From Candidatus Parcubacteria bacterium (GTDB lineage: Bacteria > Patescibacteriota > Minisyncoccia > Phycocordibacterales > CAIZLB01), in contig JAYUPL010000014.1 in NCBI GenBank assembly GCA_043760135.1, positions 25,347 through 89,346 on the forward strand: 64,000 nucleotides of DNA, read 5' to 3'. Position numbers and translations under genes: made by a program. Of the stretch, positions 1 to 9,657 are shown piece by piece. The stretch's first letter is position 1. Each line of letters starts with the position of its first letter. The notes beneath the pieces are model-generated. The model was not told the DNA's origin, ran no database searches, and saw only the letters and a list, made by a program, of their open reading frames with translations.

Positions 1-358
1 GTCAAAAATGAAGTATCCAGAATTTTTATTACGTTCAGAACAATCAATCATGCTTGAGGAATTGAAAGCTGATGTTGCACAGAGTGGTCAATCATTTGGT
101 GAATATTTAAAAATGATAAATAAGACAGAAGATACAGTAAAAGAGGAGAGAAAAGAAATGGCTGATAAAAGAGTGAAAACTCAACTTGTACTTAGTAAAA
201 TTGCGAATGAGGAAAAGCTGAAGGCTGATCAAGTTCATGTAGACGAACAAGTTGTTGAGATATTAAGAACTCATGTAAACGCAGATAAGGACAATGTTCG
301 TATGTTTGTGGAGAGATTTGAACTTAACCAGCTTGTGTGGAAGCTGCTGGAAGCATAG
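1..358 (+). CDS. tig: trigger factor, C-terminal fragment (gene continues upstream of window)
   Basis: Frame is open back to position 1. C-terminal helical region resembles the trigger factor C-domain (EYLKM..., charged helical repeats). Confidence 0.5.
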   Translation, partial: SKMKYPEFLLRSEQSIMLEELKADVAQSGQSFGEYLKMINKTEDTVKEERKEMADKRVKTQLVLSKIANEEKLKADQVHVDEQVVEILRTHVNADKDNVRMFVERFELNQLVWKLLEA

Positions 359-398
359 CATCATAGGTAGGGGGGGGAGGCTATTGACAAACCATATT

Positions 399-436
399 AA
401 AAGTGCTATCATTATCAGGTAGCACTTTTAATATTG
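399..436 (+). terminator. hairpin aaaagtgcta-N11-tagcactttt followed by an AT-rich tail
   Basis: Perfect 10-bp inverted repeat right after the tig stop. The T-run is weak. Confidence 0.4.
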
Positions 437-502
437 AATAAATAAAACGATAACGAAAGTGCTTTCCTCTACCGCAAACCAACCTAAAACACTGAAAATA
501 CC

Positions 503-1420
503 ATGAAAACGCTAGTTATGCTTGCTGTGCTCCTTGGAGCGTTCTTAAATGTCTCCGTCAGGGCTAAAGCCGCCGAAATGCAACTTTGGATGTCTGTGTC
601 GCCTCCCAACCCAATCGTTGGGAAAATCGTAACAGTGTCCATCACGTCTTCTGGGGGTGATAATCCCCACCAATACGTTTGGAACTCCTCCAATCCGACT
701 GAGACCCCTCAGCTCTACAACTGGACGGCACCCTACCCATATGCAACAACGAAGACCATGAGCTTTGTTTACACCACCACCGGAGGGAAGTCGATTACGG
801 TCGCCGCCGCCAGTGGCAACCAGCAGATAGTTAGAACTCTCTATTTCAACGTTGTTGGAGGTAAGATGAGTCCTAATGGCGGCGATATATGGGTCTCAGC
901 CTCACCTCCTAATCCAATTGTTGGAGAAACCGTGACGGTCTCCGTCACATCTTCGTCGGGAGGTACCAAATCCACTAAAACCGCAACGTTTATTTACAAC
1001 GCTGCTGGAACTAAGTTTGTCAACGTTACCTCTCCTAGCGGGATTAGCAGAACCCTTTCCTTCGACGTTGTTGAAGGCAGGATCACTCTAATCACCCCTA
1101 ACGGCGGTGAAGTTTGGGAGGTCGGTAAGACTTACCAAATTCAGTGGATCACAGAAGGCAACGTCCCTTTCGTCCAGATTGGACTCTGGGATGATCGTTA
1201 CAACAGCGAAGTTGGTAGTAATGGCGAAGAATTGATCGCTTTTTCAACCACCAACACAGGTTGGTTCAACTATGAGGTTCCACCAGCTCGTGCTGACGGA
1301 ATCTCCGCTGGAAATCTTGGTGGTCAGAACTACAAAGTCTCTGTTCAGGGCTTCAATCCCTGCTTCGGTGGACTCTCGGCCGGGAAGTTCACAATAAAAC
1401 TCCCAGTTCTTCAGTTCTGA
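503..1420 (+). CDS. secreted repeat protein with two Ig-like SPPNPIVG..TVTVS.TSS repeats and a Kre9/KNH-like motif (ITLITPNGGEVWEVGKTYQIQW); GC-rich outlier
   Basis: Signal peptide MKTLVMLAVLLGAFLNVSVRAKA and internal protein repeats. Local GC is near 50% against a ~30% background. Confidence 0.6.
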   Translation: MKTLVMLAVLLGAFLNVSVRAKAAEMQLWMSVSPPNPIVGKIVTVSITSSGGDNPHQYVWNSSNPTETPQLYNWTAPYPYATTKTMSFVYTTTGGKSITVAAASGNQQIVRTLYFNVVGGKMSPNGGDIWVSASPPNPIVGETVTVSVTSSSGGTKSTKTATFIYNAAGTKFVNVTSPSGISRTLSFDVVEGRITLITPNGGEVWEVGKTYQIQWITEGNVPFVQIGLWDDRYNSEVGSNGEELIAFSTTNTGWFNYEVPPARADGISAGNLGGQNYKVSVQGFNPCFGGLSAGKFTIKLPVLQF

Positions 1421-1465
1421 AACCTCAACTCAAGGTAGGGCGACTACCTATAAAACTAAATTGTC

Positions 1466-1500
1466 GCCATCAGCTGTCACCTCGTGTGATGGCTTTTTCT
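1466..1500 (+). terminator. rho-independent terminator gccatca-N14-tgatggc + TTTTT
   Basis: 7-bp GC-containing stem followed by a T-run, 45 nt after the stop at 1420. Confidence 0.55.
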
Positions 1501-1687
1501 TATTCACCCCTATCTATCCTCGCACAACCGTGTTATACTCAAATCACAAGGGTATACCCACAGACTTTGAGAGAATACAGAGCCTGATTTATAACCAACT
1601 GCAGTGACTTTCAGTGGAATAAATCATACAGATTACAAAGTAGTGTTAGTCAGATTAATTTAAAATAAAAATACAAGAATAAACAAA

Positions 1688-2101
1688 ATGGAAGCAGTAA
1701 ACAATAAAAAATTATACGTAGGAAACCTATCATGGGGAATCAGTGATGATTCATTAAGAGCTGCTTTTGCAGAATTTGGTGAAGTTACATCAGCACAAGT
1801 TGCTATGGATAGAATGACAGGTAGATCAAGAGGATTCGCATTCGTTGAATTCGCAACTGATGAAGCTGCTGCAGCCGCAGTTGCAGCATTGGATGGTCGT
1901 GAATTAGACGGAAGAGAATTGAGAGTAAACATCGCTATGCCAAAAACAGAAGGAGGCTCATCAGCACCAAGAAGATCTTTTGGTGGAGATAGAGGTGGAC
2001 AAGGTGGTGGATACTCAAGAGGTGGAGACAGAGGAGGTGATAGAGGTGGATATTCTTCACCAAGAGGTGGACAAGGTGGTGGATACTCAAGAGGATACTA
2101 A
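1688..2101 (+). CDS. RRM-domain RNA-binding protein with C-terminal RGG/Gly-rich tail
   Basis: RNP-2 motif LYVGNL and RNP-1 motif RGFAFVEF. Tail has repeated GGDRGG/RGG units. Confidence 0.85.
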   Translation: MEAVNNKKLYVGNLSWGISDDSLRAAFAEFGEVTSAQVAMDRMTGRSRGFAFVEFATDEAAAAAVAALDGRELDGRELRVNIAMPKTEGGSSAPRRSFGGDRGGQGGGYSRGGDRGGDRGGYSSPRGGQGGGYSRGY

Positions 2102-2143
2102 TCTTTCGATAAAACCTTTGGTATTTTTTAAATAAAATAAATT

Positions 2144-2178
2144 AAAACTATGTGTTAATTCACATAGTTTTAATTTTT
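2144..2178 (+). terminator. hairpin aaaactatgtg-ttaatt-cacatagtttt + aattttt
   Basis: 11-bp perfect stem immediately after the RRM gene, followed by an A/T run. Confidence 0.5.
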
Positions 2179-2240
2179 AACTCCTCGGTTCGGAAATAAG
2201 TATTTGTATACTTATTTCTCTCACTCTACGTCGTTAATAA
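2177..2240 (+). repeat. conserved structured element, copy 1: TTAACTCCTCGGTTCGGAAA-[hairpin gaaataagtat/ttgt/atacttatttc]-TCTCTCACTCTACGTCGTTAATAA
   Basis: Flanks are identical to the reverse complement of 9658..9723. The central hairpin differs in sequence but keeps the same stem-loop geometry (compensatory changes). A hairpin plus T6 follows (2241..2275). Confidence 0.55.
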
Positions 2241-2280
2241 ACAAAAGACGCGACAAAATCGTGTTTTTTGTTTATTATAT

Positions 2281-3504
2281 ATGTATATGAAATTTTCTTA
2301 CATCGCAAAGAAAGCAGACGACTCTACGTATGAAAGTATTTTTGTTACAGAATCAAAAACAGATTTATTTAATAAAATAAAACAAAGTGGTGATGTTCTT
2401 GTTTCTTATAAAATAATAACAGATGACAAGTTTCAGGTTGCTTGGAATAAATTTCTGTCTTCATTTTCAAAAGTAAAAATGATAGATAAGATAGTGTTTG
2501 CTCGTAACTTAGCAAACATGCTTGAGGCTGGACTTTCTTTGACACGTTCTATTTCTGTGATGGAAAAACAGAGTAAAAATAAAAAACTAAAAAATATTTA
2601 TCATGAAATTAATCTTGACATATCAGCGGGTAAAACTTTTCATGATGCGTTAAATAAATGGAATACAGTATTTCCTCCAGTTTTTATTTCTATGGTGAAG
2701 GCTGGTGAGGAGTCTGGAAATCTAGCTGATTCTTTAAAGTCTGTTGGTACCCAAATGGAAGCAACATATAAGCTTCAAAAGAAAATTAAAGGAGCTATGA
2801 TGTATCCGTCCGTTATATTTGTTGTGATGATTTTGATTGCAATTATTATGATGGTGTTTGTTGTACCAAAATTGACCGCTACGTTTGCTGATGTAAAAGC
2901 TGAACTTCCAGGTTCAACAAAATTTGTTATTTTTGTGAGTGAGTTTTTAAGAAATCATTTTATATTACTACCTGTTGGTTTATTAATATTGATGACTGTA
3001 ATTTATCAAGTCCTTCACACAAAAGAAGGTAAGAATATTTTTGATAAGGTTATTATAAAACTACCTATCTTTGGAACTCTTATAAAAGAATCTAACTCTG
3101 CAAAAACTGCAAGAACGCTTTCATCACTGATAGGATCTGGAGTAGATTTGATTCAGTCAGTTGATATTACTTCCGAAGTTTTACAAAATAATTTATACAA
3201 AAAAGTTATGTTTGAAGTAAGAGAAAATGTAGAAAAAGGTAAGCCGATGTCGGACATATTCAGTCAACATGAAAATCTGTACCCTGTGTTTGTTTCAGAG
3301 ATGATAAATGTAGGTGAGGAAACTGGTAAGTTGTCGAGTATGCTCCAGGGGGTTGCTGGTTTTTATGAAAATGAGGTTGATCAAAAAACGAAAGATTTGT
3401 CTACAATTATAGAGCCTATTCTTATGGTATTTATAGGTGTTGCTGTTGGATTCTTTGCTATCTCTATGATTACTCCGATGTATAGTGTAATGAATAATAT
3501 ATAA
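2281..3504 (+). CDS. pilC: type IV pilus assembly / type II secretion platform protein PilC/GspF
   Basis: Polytopic membrane protein with two GspF-like repeats and GEESGNL/GEETGKL motifs. Confidence 0.85.
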   Translation: MYMKFSYIAKKADDSTYESIFVTESKTDLFNKIKQSGDVLVSYKIITDDKFQVAWNKFLSSFSKVKMIDKIVFARNLANMLEAGLSLTRSISVMEKQSKNKKLKNIYHEINLDISAGKTFHDALNKWNTVFPPVFISMVKAGEESGNLADSLKSVGTQMEATYKLQKKIKGAMMYPSVIFVVMILIAIIMMVFVVPKLTATFADVKAELPGSTKFVIFVSEFLRNHFILLPVGLLILMTVIYQVLHTKEGKNIFDKVIIKLPIFGTLIKESNSAKTARTLSSLIGSGVDLIQSVDITSEVLQNNLYKKVMFEVRENVEKGKPMSDIFSQHENLYPVFVSEMINVGEETGKLSSMLQGVAGFYENEVDQKTKDLSTIIEPILMVFIGVAVGFFAISMITPMYSVMNNI

Positions 3505-3507
3505 TAT

Positions 3508-3951
3508 ATGAAAAAAAATCTCATCACATACTGCAAGCAAAAAGGTTTTACATTCATAGAGATGATAATTTCTCTCGGTCTGGTTGCTATGATATCAAGT
3601 CTTATTTTAGTCTCGTTCAATTCTTTGAACAATAAACAGTCACTTGATAAACAGATGGACTTTATAAAATCAGCAATAGGAAAAACGAGAACCAATGCTA
3701 TTAATTCACTTAACGGTGCAGATCAAGTGTTTACCTTTGCTTCAACTTCTATCACATATAATAGTCAAACGATAGATCTAGATCCAAGCATCTTATTGTC
3801 ATCATACACAACCGGCAGTAAAAATATTACATTTTCAAGATTAACAGGTTATCCAAGTGCTACAGGAACTCTGATTTACGTACTTCAAAAAGGAAGCACT
3901 GTTATTGCAACCAGTAGTATTACAATAAATAATTTAGGAATTATAGAATAA
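3508..3951 (+). CDS. prepilin-type N-terminal methylation-domain protein (pilin/pseudopilin)
   Basis: N-terminus KGFTFIEMIISLGLVAMISSLILV (G-F-T-x-x-E prepilin motif followed by a hydrophobic helix). Confidence 0.7.
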   Translation: MKKNLITYCKQKGFTFIEMIISLGLVAMISSLILVSFNSLNNKQSLDKQMDFIKSAIGKTRTNAINSLNGADQVFTFASTSITYNSQTIDLDPSILLSSYTTGSKNITFSRLTGYPSATGTLIYVLQKGSTVIATSSITINNLGIIE

Positions 3952-4487
3952 TGAAATTAATAAAATTACAACAAGTCGTACAACAAGCGCACTTCTGTTT
4001 TGATAAATCAAAACAAGTCGTACAAAAAGGAATATCTTTAGTTGAGGTTATTATAGCTTCATCGATAATTAGTGTATCGATGATTTATATTTCTAATGTA
4101 TATGGAAATTTTTTAACTCTGTCTTTGGAAAATACTGACAAAGTGCAAGCAGTGTTCTTGTTAGACGAAGGGGTTGAAGCTGCAAAGACGATGAGAAACT
4201 ATGCATGGTCTTCTATTGCATCTTCAACTTCAGCTACGGATTATTATTTGGTGTGGCAGAGTGCTCGGTGGCAATCAACAACAACACCTGTGATTATTGA
4301 TAATAAGTTTATTAGAAAATTTACAGTTTCAGATGTATTTCGTGATGCTTCAACTTTGAACATTGTGACTAGTGGTGGAGTTCTGAATACAGACAGTAAG
4401 CTTGTAACTTTCGACGTATCTTGGAATTACAAAGGTGCAACATCAAGCAAGCAAATAAGTTTTTATATATTTAATCTATATGAATAA
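3951..4487 (+). CDS. prepilin-like minor pilin
   Basis: KGISLVEVIIASSIISVSMIYI N-terminal prepilin-like helix. Overlaps its neighbours by a few nt (operon). Confidence 0.55.
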   Translation: MKLIKLQQVVQQAHFCFDKSKQVVQKGISLVEVIIASSIISVSMIYISNVYGNFLTLSLENTDKVQAVFLLDEGVEAAKTMRNYAWSSIASSTSATDYYLVWQSARWQSTTTPVIIDNKFIRKFTVSDVFRDASTLNIVTSGGVLNTDSKLVTFDVSWNYKGATSSKQISFYIFNLYE

Positions 4488-5010
4488 AATAATTAACAAA
4501 AAAAAGAATAGCGGTTTTTCAATAATTGAAATAATTATTTATTTTTCAATACTCGCAATTATTTCTACTTTAGTAATTGGTAATATAATTTCACTTTTCA
4601 AAAACTATAATGTAGTAAGGGCTAATCAGGATATAGAATATAATGCCATTTCAATACTTGATAAGCTGACTCGAGATACTCGAGATGCTGCATTCATAAA
4701 TACATCAGACTCCTTATTTTCTGTGTCACAGGGTGCAATCTCTTTAAACATTGCAAGTTCGACTAATAGTACCGCTTCTAACACAGCTAAATTTTATCTA
4801 AACAATAATAAGATAAAATATAAAAAAGATGGTGTTGATTTTGGTAATCTTTCTACAAATGCAGTTACAGTTTCCAATTTTAAAATATATTATATAAATT
4901 CTTCCACCACTGAAGCTATAAAAGTAGAGCTGAATCTTGAAGTGACCCCTCACCTACATTCAGCAGTGATTTCTAAAAACTTTTACACTACTATACAACT
5001 TCGTGAATAA
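4480..5010 (+). CDS. prepilin-like minor pilin
   Basis: NSGFSIIEIIIYFSILAIISTLVIG prepilin-like N-terminus. Confidence 0.55.
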   Translation: MNKIINKKKNSGFSIIEIIIYFSILAIISTLVIGNIISLFKNYNVVRANQDIEYNAISILDKLTRDTRDAAFINTSDSLFSVSQGAISLNIASSTNSTASNTAKFYLNNNKIKYKKDGVDFGNLSTNAVTVSNFKIYYINSSTTEAIKVELNLEVTPHLHSAVISKNFYTTIQLRE

Positions 5011-5025
5011 TTAAGATATAATAAC

Positions 5026-6819
5026 TTGTATATGAGAAATAAGGGTACAAAAGAAAAAGGAGCAGCTATGATCATAGTTGTTTTATTTTTTATAATATTA
5101 TCGGCAACATTATTGATTGGAGTATCTACGCCTATATCAAATCAGATCAAGGGTACCAATGAATTTCTGATTTCCAAATCAAGCTACACTATTGCTGACA
5201 GTCAGGTGGAAAATTCACTTTATAGATTTAATAAGGGTAAAAATGACGCCCCAAGTGAATTATCATTATTGGATTCAACAGCTAACGCTGTCCTGACTGA
5301 GACGAGTGATGGAAGAAGTCTTGTGGTTCAAGGCAGTAAATCATTTTTTGATAGATATGTGAAAGCAATATTTCAGAAAGGTGAAGGTTATTCCTTTAAT
5401 TATGGAATCCAAGTGGGAAATGGTGGATTACAGATGACAGGTTCATCCTATGTGACAGGAAATGTATATTCGAATGGGGATATTTCAGGTTCTACTGGCG
5501 GTGGTGGTCCATACAAAAACTACATCACAGGAACTGCCATTGCTGCAACATTATCAAATCCAAATGTAAGTTTTAGTATATCAAGCTCAACGGCAGCTTA
5601 TCAGGCATATTCGATAGGTCAAACAGATACGAATCAGGATGTTTCTCAGTCTTTTGTTACAGCGACTACGACAGGTATTACTCAAATAACTTTTTTAATT
5701 AAAAAAACTGGAATACCTGCAAATGCTACTGTGAAGATCGTAAATAACAACTCAGGTGTACCCGGGTCTACTCTGATAACCTCAGGTACTTTAAATGCTT
5801 CATTGGTAACAACCTCTTTTGCTTATATTTCTGCATATATGTCTACTACTGTACCTTTGAGTGCTAATGCGACATATTGGATTGTTATTGATAATGGGTC
5901 AAATGATGCTTCAAATTACTACTCTGTGGCTGCATATGATGGGGTGTATTCGACCGGTACTACAAAACAAGGTAAATATGGTACATCTATGGTAAATCTT
6001 TCAACTACAACCCTAGATTTTGATCTTGGTATATTTGTAGGTGGTGATCCTGGAGTTATATTGAATGTAGGAGTTGGTACTTCGGGAACTGGTGATGCCT
6101 GGGCAAACACTGTGACAGGTAGTACTGTGGTGGGAACAGGTAGTTTGTTTTGTCAGATTGGTTCAGGTAACAATAAAGTCTGTGATACTTCAAAAATTGA
6201 CCCTGTAGCTGTTGCATATCCAATATCACAAGGAAATATTAATGATTGGAAAGATCAGGCTACGGCTGGAGGAGCAACAACAACCAATCTTTCAGTGCCC
6301 AGCTCGGGTACATCATCGCTCGGACCTATAAAAATTAATGGTAATTTGACAATAAGTAGTGCGGACTTGATTTTAACGGGACCTATTTATGTAACGGGAA
6401 ATGTTACGATTGATGGTGGTTCCGTAATATCTGCAGATCCTACATTGGCAGCTTTCAGTGCCTTGATTATTGCAGACGGGGTTATCAGTGTTACGGGTTC
6501 TGGAGGAATTAGCGGTTCTGGCACATATGGAAGTTATGTTATGCTAATTTCAGATAAGTCTTGTACTACAACGGCAAATTGTATTGCAAACCCGTCTATA
6601 ACTGTTGCAGGGTCGTCAGGTACTGTTGTTTTATATGCTATAAATGGTGGTGTTACACTATCTGGTTCTTCCAATGTAAAATCTATTGTTGCAAAACTTG
6701 TATACCTACAAGGTGGTGCTAATATAACTTATGAAACAGGTCTTGCTAACATGAGCTTTACCTCAGGCCCATCGGGGTCCTGGAACAGGAAATCTTGGAA
6801 AGAGGTATTGGGGTGGTGA
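5026..6819 (+). CDS. giant pilin-like protein (PilX-like hydrophobic N-terminus followed by a long Ser/Thr/Gly-rich beta-rich domain); putative pilus tip/adhesin
   Basis: N-terminus KGAAMIIVVLFFIILSATLLIGVSTPI. About 560 aa of low-complexity T/S/G-rich repeats. Last gene of the pilC-pilin operon. Confidence 0.5.
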   Translation: MYMRNKGTKEKGAAMIIVVLFFIILSATLLIGVSTPISNQIKGTNEFLISKSSYTIADSQVENSLYRFNKGKNDAPSELSLLDSTANAVLTETSDGRSLVVQGSKSFFDRYVKAIFQKGEGYSFNYGIQVGNGGLQMTGSSYVTGNVYSNGDISGSTGGGGPYKNYITGTAIAATLSNPNVSFSISSSTAAYQAYSIGQTDTNQDVSQSFVTATTTGITQITFLIKKTGIPANATVKIVNNNSGVPGSTLITSGTLNASLVTTSFAYISAYMSTTVPLSANATYWIVIDNGSNDASNYYSVAAYDGVYSTGTTKQGKYGTSMVNLSTTTLDFDLGIFVGGDPGVILNVGVGTSGTGDAWANTVTGSTVVGTGSLFCQIGSGNNKVCDTSKIDPVAVAYPISQGNINDWKDQATAGGATTTNLSVPSSGTSSLGPIKINGNLTISSADLILTGPIYVTGNVTIDGGSVISADPTLAAFSALIIADGVISVTGSGGISGSGTYGSYVMLISDKSCTTTANCIANPSITVAGSSGTVVLYAINGGVTLSGSSNVKSIVAKLVYLQGGANITYETGLANMSFTSGPSGSWNRKSWKEVLGW

Positions 6820-6841
6820 TAGAGTGTGATATAATATTTTA

Positions 6842-7651
6842 ATGATATCTAAAAAAACGATTGTAATTGCAAATCTCAAGGCATCCAATAGTGTATATAA
6901 AGAAGTTGAAAAAAAGATTACTCTTTTATGTAAAGTTTTAAGTAAAGATAAATCCAAAGTAGATTTGATTGTTGCTCCTGTATTTTTACATCTCTCTCGT
7001 CTTAAGACTTTTTTTAAAAAATCTGTATCTCTATCTGCTCAGGATGTATCTTTATTTGAAAATGGATCACATACAGGGGAAGTAACTGCAGGTTCCATAA
7101 AAGATGCTGGTATTGAGTATGTGATAATCGGTCACAGTGAAAAAAGAGAACAAGGTGATACTCAAGACATGGTGGTACAAAAAGTTCAAAATGCTATAAA
7201 AAATGATTTAAAGGTTGTCCTATGTATTGGTGAAAAAGATAGAGACGAAGGTGTAAAATATTTAAAGGTTATAGAAAATCAAATCACTTCAGTTTTTCAT
7301 ACTGTAGATAAAAAGAATCATGAAAATATTATCATAGCCTATGAACCTGTCTGGGCTATTAACAATAAAAATAATTTATCTATTGATGCTCATAGTTTGC
7401 ACTCTATGGTAATTTACATCAGAAAAATTTTACTTGAAAAATATGGTGAGGCAGTTTCTAAAAATATAAATATACTTTACGGTGGATCTCTTACTCCGGA
7501 GAATGCACAAGATATATTGTGGAATGGAGAAGTTCAAGGTTTACTTATTGGGCGTGCTTCATGGGAGGTTGATAGTCTCGTTAAAATTATAAAAAATATA
7601 ATCGTTAATCCGAAAAAAAGTCTACTAAAAGTTTATGGAAATAAAAAATAA
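6842..7651 (+). CDS. tpiA: triosephosphate isomerase
   Basis: Catalytic motifs IIGHSEKRE (His), AYEPVWAI (Glu) and YGGS. The usual GTG loop after AYEPVWAI is replaced by NNKNN. Confidence 0.85.
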   Translation: MISKKTIVIANLKASNSVYKEVEKKITLLCKVLSKDKSKVDLIVAPVFLHLSRLKTFFKKSVSLSAQDVSLFENGSHTGEVTAGSIKDAGIEYVIIGHSEKREQGDTQDMVVQKVQNAIKNDLKVVLCIGEKDRDEGVKYLKVIENQITSVFHTVDKKNHENIIIAYEPVWAINNKNNLSIDAHSLHSMVIYIRKILLEKYGEAVSKNINILYGGSLTPENAQDILWNGEVQGLLIGRASWEVDSLVKIIKNIIVNPKKSLLKVYGNKK

Positions 7652-8783
7652 AAAAGTATTACTACGTGCTGATTTCAATGTGCCTATAAAAGATAGTATT
7701 ATCAAGGATAATTACAGGATTGTATCAACTATTCCGACTTTAGAATTATTAAGAAATGCAGGAGCTAAAACAATTATTATTTCGCATATAGAAACTAAGG
7801 ATGCAGAAAAACCAACACTGAAACCTGTTTTTGATTATTTAAAAAATAATTATTCAGATTTAAATATTGAATTTATTGATAATGTTGAAATGCTAGAAGA
7901 TGCTTTAAATAATCTGGTTGATGGTGGATTTTTACTTTTAGAAAATATTAGAAATTTTGATGGAGAAAAAAATAATAGTACAGAACTTGCTGAAAATTTT
8001 AAAACATTAACAGAGGTGTACATCAATGATGCATTTGCAGTTTCGCATAGAGATCACATGTCTGTATCTGCGCTTCCTGCGTTGTACGATAAAGATCATA
8101 AAATGTTTGGATTACAGATGCAAAAAGAAATTAATAATTTATCAAAAATATTAATTCCAGAAAAACCTTCTGCTGTGATTTTGTCTGGTGCAAAATTTTC
8201 CACTAAGCTACCGTTGATTGAAAAATATTTACAAACTGCTGACAAGCTTTTGATTGGTGGTGCATTGTTTAACAACGTTTTAAGATCACTCGGACACAAT
8301 ATCGGAAAATCTTTGATAGATACTGAGGCTGATTTAACAACATTGGTTACAAGTGAGAATTTTATTAAAAAAGTTTATATACCGAAAACTGTTATTGTTA
8401 AAAATATAGATACAAATGAAGTTAGAAAATCTAGTGTACAGGATGTAAAAGAGAATGAGAGTATAATGGATGTGGACAGTATACAAAATTTTGTACAAAT
8501 CTTAAAAGATGAAAATTATAAAACCATAGTATGGAATGGGCCTCTTGGATATTATGAGGATGATCTGTTCAAAACAGGAACTTTGGAGTTGGCTAAAGGT
8601 TTAGTTGAATACGTGACTGTTCATGAAAACGCGCATCTATTTATAGGAGGAGGAGATACTGTGGGTGCAATACAAAGCATGCACATAGATAGTCAAAGGA
8701 TATTTATCTCAACCGGAGGTGGGGCAATGCTCGAGTTTTTGGAGAGGGATGGAAAATTACCTGGAGTTGTGAATGTTCAGTAG
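7635..8783 (+). CDS. pgk: phosphoglycerate kinase
   Basis: LRADFNVP, LLENIRNF and SHRDHMS motifs and a GGGDT-containing C-domain. 17-nt overlap with tpiA. Confidence 0.9.
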   Translation: MEIKNKKVLLRADFNVPIKDSIIKDNYRIVSTIPTLELLRNAGAKTIIISHIETKDAEKPTLKPVFDYLKNNYSDLNIEFIDNVEMLEDALNNLVDGGFLLLENIRNFDGEKNNSTELAENFKTLTEVYINDAFAVSHRDHMSVSALPALYDKDHKMFGLQMQKEINNLSKILIPEKPSAVILSGAKFSTKLPLIEKYLQTADKLLIGGALFNNVLRSLGHNIGKSLIDTEADLTTLVTSENFIKKVYIPKTVIVKNIDTNEVRKSSVQDVKENESIMDVDSIQNFVQILKDENYKTIVWNGPLGYYEDDLFKTGTLELAKGLVEYVTVHENAHLFIGGGDTVGAIQSMHIDSQRIFISTGGGAMLEFLERDGKLPGVVNVQ

Positions 8784-8840
8784 TTGTTGTATAAATACAT
8801 AATCTGAAAATGTATTTCAGACTGTACTACCCACAAAACC

Positions 8841-9272
8841 ATGAAAACCACACATTTGATTATTTTGTTCTTCGCGTTTTTTCTCTCTGCTTCGGCGCAG
8901 ACTGGTCCGAGTTATGGACTTCCGAAACTCAAAGAGGTTCAAGGTGCTCGGACGAGTGTTGACGGTCGTTGGATTAACTATGACGGTAGTCTGTACCATA
9001 TAATGGACACTTCCTTCAATAAGGATTCGGATGAACCAATTCTTTTTGTAAATAGTGATCCATACATTGTTGGGGCTCGGATCACTCTCAATGATGAGTT
9101 CGTGTACTACGGTCGAAACAATTACCAAAAGTTTCGGACCGCTTGGAAACCGATGGTGATACGTGGAGGTGAGATAAAACGTCCAACTGGAGCAGTCTTA
9201 GGATTTGCAGTTTTTATTGCTATTTTTATAACCTGCTTCGCAAGATCTACTGCCAAAAGGACAGCATGGTAG
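8841..9272 (+). CDS. hypothetical secreted protein with C-terminal TM anchor
   Basis: Signal peptide MKTTHLIILFFAFFLSASAQ, C-terminal hydrophobic segment, GC above background. Confidence 0.4.
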   Translation: MKTTHLIILFFAFFLSASAQTGPSYGLPKLKEVQGARTSVDGRWINYDGSLYHIMDTSFNKDSDEPILFVNSDPYIVGARITLNDEFVYYGRNNYQKFRTAWKPMVIRGGEIKRPTGAVLGFAVFIAIFITCFARSTAKRTAW

Positions 9273-9379
9273 GTGAATCTGTTTTTGTTTTCAAATCAAC
9301 CCTCGGGACTCTAAAAGTTCCAGGGTTTTCTTTTTATTTGATAAATTGCTGTTGGTGAGGTATACATAAAGTATCCGAA

Positions 9380-9601
9380 ATGGTTTCGGATCTTGAACCT
9401 TCGACCTATATGAGAACCATAAGCACCGTTTTCCTCGTTTTACTTACTGTCAAATTATTTTTCTCCTTCAGTGGTGTGCCGTTGTTTATTGTTATGATCG
9501 TTTCTGTATTTGCTGTTCCTTTCTTTATTATGGAGATACTCTACATCTCTCAAGATAGGGACAGTGACCTCGGATATATCAATCGATCTTCTAACTGGTA
9601 A
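9380..9601 (+). CDS. hypothetical small membrane protein
   Basis: Two predicted TM helices. No recognisable family. Confidence 0.3.
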   Translation: MVSDLEPSTYMRTISTVFLVLLTVKLFFSFSGVPLFIVMIVSVFAVPFFIMEILYISQDRDSDLGYINRSSNW

Positions 9602-9624
9602 CCTTGTGCAAACCCAAATCAAAA

Positions 9625-9657
9625 ATCCCCGGACTTTTACAGGACTGGGGATTCTCT
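9625..9657 (-). terminator. rho-independent terminator (minus-strand reading: ccccagtcctgtaaaagtccgggga + TTTTT)
   Basis: GC-rich stem followed by a T-run on the minus strand. It closes the structured region downstream of the DoxX-like gene. Confidence 0.55.

Noticed and set aside
503-1420. A diversity-generating retroelement (template/variable repeat) or CRISPR array explaining the internal repeats (also 55237..56268 and 16507..16650)
   Set aside because: The repeats are diverged at many non-adenine positions and lie within single ORFs. No reverse transcriptase gene, no near-identical template copy, and no spacer-repeat architecture anywhere in the window.
2177-2240. The conserved element read as an integron attC site or as a hammerhead-type ribozyme
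   Set aside because: The terminal GTTAATA / TTTTAAC do not fit the attC R'/R'' consensus (GTTRRRY / RYYYAAC). The two copies are inverted and 7 kb apart with no integrase. No CUGANGA...GAAA hammerhead core is present.
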